DNA from: an uncultured Candidatus Binatia bacterium
GTDB lineage: Bacteria > Desulfobacterota > Binatia > Bin18
Direction of reading: 5' to 3'
NCBI GenBank assembly: GCA_965214605.1
Contig: OZ243961.1
Coordinates: 2,912,001-2,976,000 of the forward strand
Length of the DNA: 64,000 bases
The notes under the pieces are model-generated. The model was not told where the DNA came from. It made no database searches and saw only the letters and a program-made list of their open reading frames with translations. A program made the position numbers and the translations under genes. Positions 40,133 to 50,344 of this stretch are shown one piece after another; position 1 is the stretch's first letter; each line of letters opens with the position of its first letter.

Positions 40133-40546
40133 ATGTTTCTGACGTTACTCGCTGTCACATTTGGCATTGCCCTTGGTGTCTCATTGATGGTGGCCCGTCT
40201 TTTTGATCGGCCAGTCAAGAAGATTCTGGCTCGGATCATTGCCGATGAGATTCATCAGGCTTGGGTCAGATATATCCAGTTTGCAATCTACGTTGTTGGC
40301 GTGTCTGGAGGCGTGCGTATCTGGCAGCTTGAACGCTATATCACACCCATGCCGCGTCGACCCGACGAGCGTGCGCCGGAACTCCTCGTGCTGACGAGCG
40401 ACCGCTGGATTCTCGAGGTCTATCGTACCGTTATTGCGACAATGCAGAGTGTCGCCTGGATGCTGATGGTCTTTTTTGTGTTCGCGCTGATTGCCTACGT
40501 TATTGTGCGTGTCTTTGAACTCAGACGGCCGCGGGCCGAGCAATAG
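40133..40546 (+). CDS. Uncharacterised membrane protein (3 TM)
   Basis: Three hydrophobic segments; RBS AGGAGG. Confidence 0.75.
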   Translation: MFLTLLAVTFGIALGVSLMVARLFDRPVKKILARIIADEIHQAWVRYIQFAIYVVGVSGGVRIWQLERYITPMPRRPDERAPELLVLTSDRWILEVYRTVIATMQSVAWMLMVFFVFALIAYVIVRVFELRRPRAEQ

Positions 40547-40811
40547 AACAGGGCCCCGTGGTGGTATTTGACGAAGCGCCATGGTTTCGGATACGTGTAA
40601 ACGCCTACGTGCCGCAACCGTCAGAGATAAAAACGTGGCTGTCTTGCTGGCTCTCATGCGTGCTCTTGCTCATGAAGCAGGGGTGCGAACGTCGTGGCTA
40701 CGAGTGGGATAAGTACGGGTAGGCCATCAGGAGAGAACCCTTCACTGCTGTATAAGACAGGAGCGAAGTGACATGTGAGACGCCCGCCCTTCATGTTGAG
40801 TAGTGAGTCAT

Positions 40812-43800
40812 ATGAGTCTGACCAGTCTTTTGATCGCCAACAGAGGTGAGATCGCTATTCGTATTGCACGGGCCGCTGCCGAGCTAGGTCTACGGACCGT
40901 TGCCGTGTTTTCTGAGGACGACGCCCAATCGTTACATACCCGGAGGGCTGACGAAGCCCGTCCGCTCGGCGGGACAGGTCCGTCCGCCTACCTTGACGCT
41001 GAGCGTATCCTAGAGGTGGCTAAGCAGACGGGCTGTGAGGCCATTCATCCGGGCTACGGATTTCTGAGTGAAAACGCTGACTTTGCCCGCGGCTGCGCCG
41101 CCGCGGGTCTGACTTTTGTTGGACCGCGGCCGGAAATCCTTGAGCTGTTCGGCGATAAGGCTCGGGCCCGAGACCTGGCCGAGCGGTGTGAGGTGCCCGT
41201 TCTGCCGGGCACGCTGGAGCCGACGAGCCTGGAGGCGGCCGCAGAGTTTCTGGCTTCGCTGGGCGAGGGTGAAGCGCTGCTGATCAAAGCCGTGGCTGGT
41301 GGAGGTGGACGCGGGATGCGGACGGTGCGTCGTGCCAATGAGCTTGAGGAGGCCTATACGCGCTGCCAGTCCGAGGCAAAGACCGCGTTTGGGAATGGAG
41401 CGGTGTATGTGGAGCGACTGATCCCTCGCGCGCGACATATTGAAGTCCAGATCGTCGGCGACGGGTCCGGGGCGGTAAGCCATGTCTGGGAGCGGGAGTG
41501 TAGTATCCAGCGTCGGTATCAAAAGCTGGTCGAGATCGCGCCCAGCCCCGACCTACCGGCTCCACTGCGTGAGCAACTCATCGCTGCGGCTGTCAAGCTG
41601 GCGGAGACCGTTAAGTACAACAATCTTGGCACGTTTGAATTTCTGGTCGATGCCACGCCTGGGGAAGACGAAGCGGGGTACGCCTTCATTGAAACCAACG
41701 CCCGCCTGCAGGTCGAACATACCGTGACCGAGGAGGTGACCGGCGTTGATCTGGTTAAACTCCAACTCCAACTTGCGTCCGGACAGTCGCTCGGCAATCT
41801 CGCTTTTCAGCAGGCCGACGTCCCCGACCCGCGTGGATTTGCCCTCCAGGTCCGGATCAATATGGAGACCATGCAGGCCGATGGGAGTGCTCGGCCGGCC
41901 GGCGGGCTGCTCAGCACATTTGAAGTGCCCTCGGGCCCCGGCCTGCGCACCGATGCGTTCGGCTATGCGGGCTATCGTACCAATCCGCGCTTTGACTCTC
42001 TGCTGGCCAAGCTCATTGCCTCCTCACCGTCTCCAAGGTTTCGAGACGTGGTCACTCGCGCCTACCGCGGTCTGTGTGAGTTCAAGGTCGAGGGTGTGGC
42101 GACCAACCTGACGTTCTTGCAGAGCGTGCTGCGCCACTCCGATTTTGTGGCAAACCGAGTCTATACGCGCTTTGTGGAAGATCATATCGTCGACCTTGTT
42201 TCGCCTGAACAGACCCATCAACAGCTATTTTTCCCCCCTTCGTCGGCACCCGCCCAGAACGCAGAGCCAGCGCTGGCCGGGGTAAAGGTTGATGCCCGTG
42301 ATCCCTTGGCGGTGCTAGCTTTCGGTAAGACTGGAGGGGACGGGCAGGCGCCGACCACAAGCGCTGCGACAACGGTGGCGGAACCGGCGCTCCATATCGT
42401 TGGACCGGAGGGGAGTGTTGCGGTGAAAGCACCAATGCAGGGCACGATTGTCAGCCTAGATGTCCACGAGGGCGAGGCAGTCTACGCCGGTCAACAGCTG
42501 CTCATCATGGAAGCCATGAAGATGGAGCATGTCGTCGAGTCCGAACTGAGCGGCATCGTGCAACACCTCACGGTGGCTGAGGGGGATGCGGTCTACGAGG
42601 GTCACCCCCTGATTTTTATCGAAGAGGGCGAGGTCGATATGGCGGCCATCCAAGAACGGTCTGAGATCGACCTTGACTACATCCGCCCCGACCTCGCAGA
42701 GATCGTTGAACGGCACGAGCTTGGGCTCGACGCTGCGCGTCCCCAAGCCGTGGCTCGCCGCCGCAAGACCGGTCAGCGCACCAGCCGCGAGAATATCGAC
42801 GACCTGTGCGACTCGGACACCTTTGTGGAGTACGGCCCAATGGTCATCGCCGCCCAACGGCAACGCCGTTCGCTCGAAGATCTGATTAAAAACACGCCCG
42901 CCGACGGCATGATCGCCGGTGTTGGCAGCGTCAATGGTGAGCTGTTTAGAGACGAGAGAGCCCAATGCATTGTACTGGCCTACGATTACACCGTGCTGGC
43001 CGGCACCCAGGGTTTTAAGAACCATTACAAAAAGGATCGCATGTTCGAGCTGGCCGAGAAGTGGAGGCGGCCGGTTGTGTTCTTTGCCGAGGGCGGTGGT
43101 GGTCGCCCCGGCGACACTGACTGGTCGAGCCCGGCTGGCCTTGATGTCATGGCTTTTCACCTGTGGGGGAGACTGAGCGGTCTGGTACCGCTTGTTGGGG
43201 TGACCTCGGGCCGGTGCTTTGCCGGCAACGCGGTCATTCTGGGCTGTTGTGATGTGATTATTGCCACCCAGGGTTCCAATATCGGGATGGGCGGTCCGGC
43301 CATGATTGAGGGTGGCGGTTTGGGAGTGTTCCGTCCTGAAGATGTCGGGCCGATGGATGTGCAGGTCCCCAACGGAGTGGTCGATATCGCGGTTCAGGAT
43401 GAGACTGAGGCTGTCTGCGTGGCAAAGAAGTATCTGTCGTATTTCCAGGGCGCTCTGGCCGATTGGCGGTGCGCCGACCAGCGGCTGCTGCGCCGGATTG
43501 TCCCCGAGAACCGGCTACGGGTGTATGAAATCCGTGAGGTCATTGAGACGCTGGCCGACACCGACTCGGTTCTGGAGATCCGTCGTCACTTCGGCCTTGG
43601 CATGGTCACCGCCTTTGCTCGTATTGAGGGACGACCGATCGGGATTATTGCCAACAATCCCAAGCACTTGGGCGGCGCGATTGATAGTCAGGCGGCAGAC
43701 AAAGCCACACGTTTTATGCAGCTGTGCGATGCGTTTGATATTCCGATCCTGATGTTGTGCGATACCCCAGGTAATATGGTGGGACCCGAGGCCGAGAAAG

Positions 43801-44237
43801 ACGCGCTGGTGCGGCATTGCTGTCGGATGTTTGTGACCGGGTCAAGCATCAGCGTTCCCTTTTTCACTATTGTCCTGCGTAAATCCTATGGGTTGGGTGC
43901 CCAGGGCATGGCTGGCGGCAGTTTCAAAGCGCCCTTTTTCGCCGTCTCATGGCCGACCGGAGAGTTTGGCGGTATGGGATTAGAAGGGGCGGTCAAGCTC
44001 GGTTTCCGCAAAGAGCTGGCCGAACTTACCGATTCACACGAACGCAAGGAGCTGTATGACCATTTAGTCGCCAAGATGTACGAGAACGGCAAAGCCCTCA
44101 GCACGGCGACGTATTTCGAGATTGACGACGTGATCGACCCGGCTGAGTCGCGGCGGTGGATTACGGCTGCGCTGCGTTCCGTGCCACCCCCACCCGCCCG
44201 TGAGGGTAAGAAACGTCCGTGTGTGGATACCTGGTGA
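40812..44237 (+). CDS. Single-chain acyl-CoA carboxylase (biotin carboxylase-BCCP-carboxyltransferase; LCC type)
   Basis: LIANRGEIA, HPGYGFLSEN, GGGGRGMR, RLQVEH, biotin site EAMKM, CT motifs DYTVLAGTQG and GGGGRPGD. Confidence 0.95.
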   Translation: MSLTSLLIANRGEIAIRIARAAAELGLRTVAVFSEDDAQSLHTRRADEARPLGGTGPSAYLDAERILEVAKQTGCEAIHPGYGFLSENADFARGCAAAGLTFVGPRPEILELFGDKARARDLAERCEVPVLPGTLEPTSLEAAAEFLASLGEGEALLIKAVAGGGGRGMRTVRRANELEEAYTRCQSEAKTAFGNGAVYVERLIPRARHIEVQIVGDGSGAVSHVWERECSIQRRYQKLVEIAPSPDLPAPLREQLIAAAVKLAETVKYNNLGTFEFLVDATPGEDEAGYAFIETNARLQVEHTVTEEVTGVDLVKLQLQLASGQSLGNLAFQQADVPDPRGFALQVRINMETMQADGSARPAGGLLSTFEVPSGPGLRTDAFGYAGYRTNPRFDSLLAKLIASSPSPRFRDVVTRAYRGLCEFKVEGVATNLTFLQSVLRHSDFVANRVYTRFVEDHIVDLVSPEQTHQQLFFPPSSAPAQNAEPALAGVKVDARDPLAVLAFGKTGGDGQAPTTSAATTVAEPALHIVGPEGSVAVKAPMQGTIVSLDVHEGEAVYAGQQLLIMEAMKMEHVVESELSGIVQHLTVAEGDAVYEGHPLIFIEEGEVDMAAIQERSEIDLDYIRPDLAEIVERHELGLDAARPQAVARRRKTGQRTSRENIDDLCDSDTFVEYGPMVIAAQRQRRSLEDLIKNTPADGMIAGVGSVNGELFRDERAQCIVLAYDYTVLAGTQGFKNHYKKDRMFELAEKWRRPVVFFAEGGGGRPGDTDWSSPAGLDVMAFHLWGRLSGLVPLVGVTSGRCFAGNAVILGCCDVIIATQGSNIGMGGPAMIEGGGLGVFRPEDVGPMDVQVPNGVVDIAVQDETEAVCVAKKYLSYFQGALADWRCADQRLLRRIVPENRLRVYEIREVIETLADTDSVLEIRRHFGLGMVTAFARIEGRPIGIIANNPKHLGGAIDSQAADKATRFMQLCDAFDIPILMLCDTPGNMVGPEAEKDALVRHCCRMFVTGSSISVPFFTIVLRKSYGLGAQGMAGGSFKAPFFAVSWPTGEFGGMGLEGAVKLGFRKELAELTDSHERKELYDHLVAKMYENGKALSTATYFEIDDVIDPAESRRWITAALRSVPPPPAREGKKRPCVDTW

Positions 44238-44311
44238 GGGGGTGGAAATGCGGCTATCCGGCCCGAAGCACGCCGTCCGCATCTCCTGATGACCAGATGA
44301 GGCTGTCCGTC

Positions 44312-45094
44312 TTAGCGACCCACAAAGTTTCCCGGCCGCCGCTCGGCTACCGCTCTGATCCCCTCTTTGTGATCCTCGGTTTGCTGCAGCCAGTGCTGCT
44401 CTTTAAACTCGCGGTCGGTGGCCTGCTTAATCGCGGCGGCGAGCGAGCCGCGCATGGTCGCCCGCACCGACTGGACGGCCAGAGGTGCACTTTCGGCAAT
44501 CTCTTTGGCTAGTGCGACGGCCGCACTGCGGACCTGACTGTTTTCGGTCAGCACGTCGCCCATCCCCCAGGCATAGGCTTCCTCACCACCGATCCGGCGT
44601 CCGGTATAAAACATGAGGTTTGCACGCTGTTCGCCAATCAAACGCGGCAGCGTATAGGTGAGTCCAAAACCTGGATGAAAGCCGAGTTTGGTAAAATTTG
44701 CCGAAAAGCGCGTCTCTGGACAGACCACCCGAAAGTCGGGCATCAGGGCCAGCCCAAAGCCACCGCCGATCGCTGCGCCCTGAATAGCCCCTACAACCGG
44801 TTTTTTGCAGGCAAACAGACGCACGGCCTGGGCGTACAGCGGGTTGCCGCTTTCGACATTGCGTAAATCTCGCTCGGCCTGACCTGTATGAAAATTCGCA
44901 CCCGCACAGAAATGCTTTCCCTGGGCGGCCAGCACGCTGACGCGGCAGTGAGGCTCGGCATCCAAAGCCTCAAACGCGCTCGCCAGCGAACGAATGAGAT
45001 CGGTATCAAAGAAATTGTTGGGTGGTCGCTGAATCTCAACTGTGGCAACATGGTCGGCCAGGCTCACTTCAACGTCTCCGTAGCGTGCTTCCAT
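44312..45094 (-). CDS. Enoyl-CoA hydratase/isomerase family
   Basis: FCAGANF, KPVVGAIQGAAIGGG, LGFHPGFG, EGIRA..ERRP. Confidence 0.92.
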   Translation of the reverse strand: MEARYGDVEVSLADHVATVEIQRPPNNFFDTDLIRSLASAFEALDAEPHCRVSVLAAQGKHFCAGANFHTGQAERDLRNVESGNPLYAQAVRLFACKKPVVGAIQGAAIGGGFGLALMPDFRVVCPETRFSANFTKLGFHPGFGLTYTLPRLIGEQRANLMFYTGRRIGGEEAYAWGMGDVLTENSQVRSAAVALAKEIAESAPLAVQSVRATMRGSLAAAIKQATDREFKEQHWLQQTEDHKEGIRAVAERRPGNFVGR

Positions 45095-45197
45095 TAGTGC
45101 TCTCCTCTGCGGGTGGTCTCTCAGCCGTATGCTATGGGGTTGTCTAGCATAATCCGCTCCCTATAGCTATTCTTGGTGTTCTATGTAAGGAGTGCGT

Positions 45198-45655
45198 ATG
45201 TATGATTTAACCGCTATGGGCCAGGCTGTCGGCGCCCTGCTCAAGGAGGACAAACAGACTATTGCGGTCGCCGAGTCGTCGGCCGGGGGCCTGATCTCAG
45301 CCGCTCTGCCGGCCGTGCCCGGCGCCTCAGCGTATTTTGTTGGTGGCAGGGTAAAATCTATACCCTTGAGGCCAGACGAATCTTGCTCGGGTTATCGGAT
45401 GATACCTTTGCCGGCCTACGGCCGAGCAGCGCACAGTGCGCACTGCATATGGCACGGGCGGTGAGGGACTATGTCGGGACGACTTGGGGACTGAGCGAGA
45501 CCGGAGCGACCGGCCCGACCGGTAATCGCTATGGGGACGGGGCCGGTCATGCCTGTATTGCCATTGCCGGCCCGGTCGAACACATGTTCACGATTGAAAC
45601 CCGTCGCTCCGGTTGGCCAATATGTGGACGTTCACCCGGGCGGTCAAAAGGCATG
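45198..45655 (+). pseudogene. CinA C-terminal/PncC-like (NMN deamidase family), frameshifted
   Basis: TIAVAESSAGGLISA.L.AVPGASAYFVGG, +2 shift at about 45354 to IYTLEARR...WGLSETGATGPTGNRYGD; a further lesion near 45600. Confidence 0.8.
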
Positions 45656-45730
45656 AAGGAAGAAGGAGCAGAGCAATGATGAAGCAAATAGAGGAAGGAA
45701 GAAGGAGCAGAGCGATGATGAAGCAAATAG
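45655..45730 (+). repeat. Tandem 37-nt direct repeat (period 39) containing RBS and start codon
   Basis: gaaggaagaaggagcagagc(a/g)atgatgaagcaaatag at 45655-45691 and 45694-45730. Confidence 0.9.
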
Positions 45731-46224
45731 GGACGGGTGTCATGGTGGTGGTGAGTCTTTGCTTTCTCTCGTCGGCCGCGGCTCAAGCCCCGGGGGTGCC
45801 GTTTGGGCTTGGCAGTGATAATCCAGCTTCCGACAACGCCCGGACGCCCTTTCAGGTCCGCTTCAAAGGATTTATTAATTCACGGCCCGATGCCGACAGC
45901 CTGGCCGTTGTCAGCCTAGGTATCGCTAAATACAGCGCGACCTACCAGTTCGAGGTGATCGATGTTCAAGCCGTTAACCTGCCCGAACACATTGTTTCCT
46001 CCCGCCATATTCTCCAACAGGCAGGCAAGCACCATGTCGACTATAACGTTGTCGGCCCAACGGAGTTGCTGTCTAAAATCTCCCAAGCGCCGCCCGGAAC
46101 GCCGCTTCAGATAGAAGGCATGTTCCAACAGCGCAGGCGCAAGCTCATCCTCCAACGGGTTGATGTGGTGGACATCGTACGCAAGGGCGAGCTGACCAAG
46201 AAGGCGGAGCAACCGCAGTCGTGA
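45715..46224 (+). CDS. Exported hypothetical protein
   Basis: Signal peptide MMKQIGTGVMVVVSLCFLSSAAA-Q; RBS AGGAG. Confidence 0.75.
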   Translation: MMKQIGTGVMVVVSLCFLSSAAAQAPGVPFGLGSDNPASDNARTPFQVRFKGFINSRPDADSLAVVSLGIAKYSATYQFEVIDVQAVNLPEHIVSSRHILQQAGKHHVDYNVVGPTELLSKISQAPPGTPLQIEGMFQQRRRKLILQRVDVVDIVRKGELTKKAEQPQS

Positions 46225-46278
46225 GGGAAGACCCAGCTGGGCCAGTGGCGTTTCAGCCCGGCGCAGCGGGGGCTTTCA

Positions 46279-47238
46279 TCAGCAAGTCCGCTTCTCGTGG
46301 CCCGGCAGAAGGAAGCCGACTCCCCAGCTCAAATGAATCGTCGCCAGCACCAGGGGAACAAGGACGGCGGCGGAGTCGCGGCGACGTAAACCGAGAATCA
46401 GCGATCCGATAACAAGGGTCAGCAGGTAGACTAGGGGCACAACCGACGCGGCCAGAAACGCTCCAGCCAAGCCCAGTACAGCGGAAACCACCAGGCCCAG
46501 CACGAGCAGTGGAGCAGCAAGTTGTCTGGCCCGTAGAGAGGTGGGATGGGCTCTCAGCATGGCTGACTTCGCACGACCGTAGGCGAGGTACTGCTCCGCT
46601 AACGTCCGCAGGGTGCCGCGTGGCCGGTAGGAAACCTTCAACTTAGGGTCGAACCACACGGTTTCTCCTTGCTGGCGTAGTCGCCAGTTGAGTTCATAGT
46701 CCTCGTTGATGAACATCGTGGGCTCGAATCCTCTCACGGTTTCCAACCGCTTTCGATTCCAAACACCGAGATAGACGGTGTCGGTTGGGCCCTCAGGACC
46801 CCCTACACGGTAGCGGGCACCGCCCGTCCCAAGAAATGTGGTGGTCGCCAGCGCCACCGCCCGTTCAAACCTCGTAGTCCCGACTGGCTGCTGCCGACCG
46901 CCAACATTGGCGGCGCCCGTTCGTCTGAGCGTAGCGACGGCCTGTCGCACATAGCTTGGCGGTAACACAGCGGCGCTATCGCAACGCACGATAATCTCCC
47001 CTGTGGCTATCTGCAGCGCATGGTTCAGGCCAGACGGAGTGATACGTTCCGGGTTTGATACTCTTCGCACCTTCGGATAACACCGGCGGATCATATCCGC
47101 GGTGGCCGTCGTGTCGGAGCCGTCGGCGATGATCACTTCAATCGGGCCCCGGTAGTCCTGGCTGAACACCGAATTGAGGCTAATGGGAAGGGTTGCCTCA
47201 GCATTCCTCGTCGGGATGATTACCGATACTTTCTGCAT
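46279..47238 (-). CDS. Glycosyltransferase family 2 (ExoA-like)
   Basis: VSVIIPTRN, EVIIADG, IIVRCD, NEDYELNWRLR; C-terminal TMs. Confidence 0.92.
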   Translation of the reverse strand: MQKVSVIIPTRNAEATLPISLNSVFSQDYRGPIEVIIADGSDTTATADMIRRCYPKVRRVSNPERITPSGLNHALQIATGEIIVRCDSAAVLPPSYVRQAVATLRRTGAANVGGRQQPVGTTRFERAVALATTTFLGTGGARYRVGGPEGPTDTVYLGVWNRKRLETVRGFEPTMFINEDYELNWRLRQQGETVWFDPKLKVSYRPRGTLRTLAEQYLAYGRAKSAMLRAHPTSLRARQLAAPLLVLGLVVSAVLGLAGAFLAASVVPLVYLLTLVIGSLILGLRRRDSAAVLVPLVLATIHLSWGVGFLLPGHEKRTC

Positions 47239-47279
47239 GTTCGTGTAGGGACTTGTCAGAAGCGGGTTCTGACTCTCGT

Positions 47280-48449
47280 TTAGCTACAGGGCGGGCGCGC
47301 GATTTGCACATACATGTCACAGAGTCGCCGAACTACAACGTTATACTCATATTCCCGTAATGCTTTCTGCCGGTTGTAGCGTCCCATGCGACTTCTCAGT
47401 GCAGGCTCATCACGCAGACGGGCCAGCACCTCAGCATAATCGGCCACATCGTTGGAAGCGATCAGCCAGCCACCTTGTGGAACGTCTATCATCTCCGGCA
47501 GCGCGCCGACGGAGGACGCTACGACTGGTAAACCGACCGCCATTGCCTCTGCCACGCTGTTGGGAAAACCATCAAACTTGAACGTGGACGGAAACAGAAA
47601 GACATCGTTTTCCGTCAGCATCGTAAGGACTTCGCGATTTGTCACCGGGCCTAAGACCTGTACCCGACCCTCGAGGCCGCGTTGCCGGATGTGACGCAGG
47701 AGGTGGGCGCGGGATGCGTCTGGAGCGCCGCCCACGAGTTGAAAGCGTGCGTCAGGCAGGCGGCGGGCGATTTCAACAATCGTATGCACGCCTTTGGCTT
47801 CAATGAGTGCACCGGTGAAGATGACCCGCAGGGGTTGCTGAGGCGTGGTATTGGGGAGAGGTTTGGGAATTGTACAGAAGTCCACAAAGTTCGGCATGAG
47901 CGGGCAGGTTTTGGGTGCGAAGTCGCCTAATTCCAAGATGGCGCGGTAGCTTGGCTGTCCCAGAGCCAGAATCTGCGCCGCGCCAGCGAACAGAGTCCGG
48001 TAGGCCTGTCGGTAGAAGCGCGCCGTGGGACTGTTGCTGGGGGGAACGGCGAATGTCCCACGCAGATGCACGATGTAGGGCACTCCGGCCCACCTGGCAA
48101 TGAGAGCAGAGGCCAGGTTGCGGGGTGCGCCGGTGAGCGTCAGAAAACAATTGAGGTGCATGACAGAAAAGCACTCGGAAGCCAGCGCGCGATATATTTG
48201 GCTCAAGATTCGCAGGTTGCGTTTGGCCTCGGTCGGGTTCAGTCTTGGTGGCGCGGCTTGATGACCGCGAGACGCTCTTGTGTCGACAAGTTCAAGAGTG
48301 AAGGGTGCAGGCAATCCGCGTTCGCACAAGGTCTGTGTCCAGGTCTCTATCCCCCCGGGTGGTGGCGGGAGTGGCGACACGAGCAGCACCCTGATCGGAT
48401 GTCCCGCTTCGACCCGATACGACGGCGAGGTATGGGCCGGCCTTGTCAT
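47280..48449 (-). CDS. Glycosyltransferase family 4
   Basis: PPPPGGI, KGV, DVFLFPS..DGFPNSVAEAMAVGLPVVAS; ATGA overlap with the upstream gene. Confidence 0.9.
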   Translation of the reverse strand: MTRPAHTSPSYRVEAGHPIRVLLVSPLPPPPGGIETWTQTLCERGLPAPFTLELVDTRASRGHQAAPPRLNPTEAKRNLRILSQIYRALASECFSVMHLNCFLTLTGAPRNLASALIARWAGVPYIVHLRGTFAVPPSNSPTARFYRQAYRTLFAGAAQILALGQPSYRAILELGDFAPKTCPLMPNFVDFCTIPKPLPNTTPQQPLRVIFTGALIEAKGVHTIVEIARRLPDARFQLVGGAPDASRAHLLRHIRQRGLEGRVQVLGPVTNREVLTMLTENDVFLFPSTFKFDGFPNSVAEAMAVGLPVVASSVGALPEMIDVPQGGWLIASNDVADYAEVLARLRDEPALRSRMGRYNRQKALREYEYNVVVRRLCDMYVQIARPPCS

Positions 48450-50344
48450 GGCTGTGACATCTCTTCTGCCGCTTTCTGAGCGGCTGTTATTCGCTGGAGG
48501 CTGAACGCCAGCCCAATCTGGATGAAGTGACCCCAATCGCGCACGAACGGCCCTTCATCATGCATGAGACCGGTGATGACGTAGGCGCCTAGCGATCCGA
48601 TAATGGCGGCGAGGAGAAAAGAGAGGGCCGTATCTCGCGAGGCGAGGATAAATTTACCAGAGTCAACCAACGACGAAGACACCAGCACATAGAAGAGAAT
48701 GGCCAAGATAAAGGCGAGAAATCCATAATGCACGAGAAGGTTCAGCAATTGATTATGTGGCCAGAAGCCGGAGAGAATCTTGGCCGCGAGTTGCTGCTCT
48801 GTATCTGGGGCGAGGTGGAATGCTGTTGGAAGGTATTTGCCTGTTCCAAAGGGAAAATCTAGAGCGTACTGGAATGCCGCAATCATCATGGGTATACGGC
48901 GTTGAGCCGACCTGTTACCAGCTATTGTCCAGAGACGCGGATTCAGAGCTACCTTTTTATCAAAAAAATAGAGAGACATCTGCGCTGCAACCAACTGCTC
49001 GTCAACGGCCTTGGAGACAGACTGTTGGCTGTTGTCGGCAGTGGGGATGAAGTCACGCCACGGCCGCCACTCCGTTACGATATCGGCTCTTTGCAGCCGG
49101 AACTGGTAGCCGATGGTCTCTGCCGGGGCGTTGGGTTCGTGCCAGGCTAGCGCTAAGCTCTCGGAGTAGGCCGTATCCGGGTGCGTTTTGGCGGTAATCG
49201 GGGAGCTTGCCGGTCCGTATCTGCGGGGGTGGAGGAGGTAGGCGCGCAGCTGTACCGTGTACCTCCTCCATGGAGGTAGATGCTTAAATGTGTGCTTGAT
49301 GATCGGACGGTCGCGATGCTTGGTGCGGTCATCGCGACCGGCGCTGAGGCCGGTAATAGCCAAGTCGTCGCGGTCATGAGCATCGGCGGCCGTTGACGCT
49401 GGCTTGGTGATATCGTTGACGACGCTGACCAAGGTGTTCACGTTAACTACGGGATTGAAACAGACGATCAGCCAGACTGCGATCGCCAGGACACTGAAGA
49501 TCGCTCGTCGGAAAATCTGCCGTACCTTTATGGTCATCAAGATGATGAGAAGGGTGCTGACCAACACGCCGAGAGTAGCTGAGCGAGTGGCGTTTGTGAG
49601 GAGCGCCATTATCAGAACCATCAGCATGACATACAGGGCCACGTTGAACAGCATCCGGGATGTCTTGCCTTGTTTGAACGGTTGGTACAGGAGCATCGCA
49701 AAAGCCATCGGTATGGTGGCAGCAAGCTGATAGCTGAAGGAAATCGTACCCGAGCTCAGTCCCGCTGTTCTGCCCTCGGACAAAATTCTCCATAGACTGC
49801 TATCTCTCACGGTGGCAGTATCCAGCCAGATACCCAGGAAAGGGTCGCCTATGAAGAGTATGAGGAGGCCAAACAGGGCGGACACAAAAACTGCCAAGAC
49901 GGTGGTCCATATCAGGAGCGTAGCTCTGCGAACGCTGTCCACGAACAGATAGACCGGGGCCAGCAAGGCTATGCCCAATGCCAACTGCCCCAGTATCACC
50001 GGTCGGAATGTATTGGTGAACATATGGACCGTCAGCGCCCACGCCAGCACGAGCGATGACACTGCAACAATCGGAATGATCGGGCGGAAGTCCTTGATGA
50101 GGGTGGGGAGGAGAGCCGAGGGGGGGGGGAGTCGGACAGCGCTCAGCAGCATAGAGGTCAGTGTCAGGAAGACCACGGCGACGGCGAGGATGACATTCGG
50201 TCCGCCCCACGGCAGCGGAGCACTCGCGAGCCAGATATGGGAGAAGATGGTCGCCAATAGCAGGGCGAATATTAGCTGCGATAGCGAGCCATGTTGGGGA
50301 AGAGAGAAGAGTCGGGCCGTCTTTGAGGAGGTAGTGCTCAACAT
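48446..50344 (-). CDS. O-antigen ligase/Wzy-like membrane protein with FN3-like periplasmic insert
   Basis: Many TMs, GRTAG, TRSA, PFGTG, PHNQLLNLLVHYG motifs; hydrophilic insert with FN3 strand motifs. Confidence 0.8.
   Translation of the reverse strand: MLSTTSSKTARLFSLPQHGSLSQLIFALLLATIFSHIWLASAPLPWGGPNVILAVAVVFLTLTSMLLSAVRLPPPSALLPTLIKDFRPIIPIVAVSSLVLAWALTVHMFTNTFRPVILGQLALGIALLAPVYLFVDSVRRATLLIWTTVLAVFVSALFGLLILFIGDPFLGIWLDTATVRDSSLWRILSEGRTAGLSSGTISFSYQLAATIPMAFAMLLYQPFKQGKTSRMLFNVALYVMLMVLIMALLTNATRSATLGVLVSTLLIILMTIKVRQIFRRAIFSVLAIAVWLIVCFNPVVNVNTLVSVVNDITKPASTAADAHDRDDLAITGLSAGRDDRTKHRDRPIIKHTFKHLPPWRRYTVQLRAYLLHPRRYGPASSPITAKTHPDTAYSESLALAWHEPNAPAETIGYQFRLQRADIVTEWRPWRDFIPTADNSQQSVSKAVDEQLVAAQMSLYFFDKKVALNPRLWTIAGNRSAQRRIPMMIAAFQYALDFPFGTGKYLPTAFHLAPDTEQQLAAKILSGFWPHNQLLNLLVHYGFLAFILAILFYVLVSSSLVDSGKFILASRDTALSFLLAAIIGSLGAYVITGLMHDEGPFVRDWGHFIQIGLAFSLQRITAAQKAAEEMSQP

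Noticed and set aside
45655-45730. 37-nt repeat pair as a CRISPR array
   Set aside because: Only two copies, 2-nt spacer, no cas genes.
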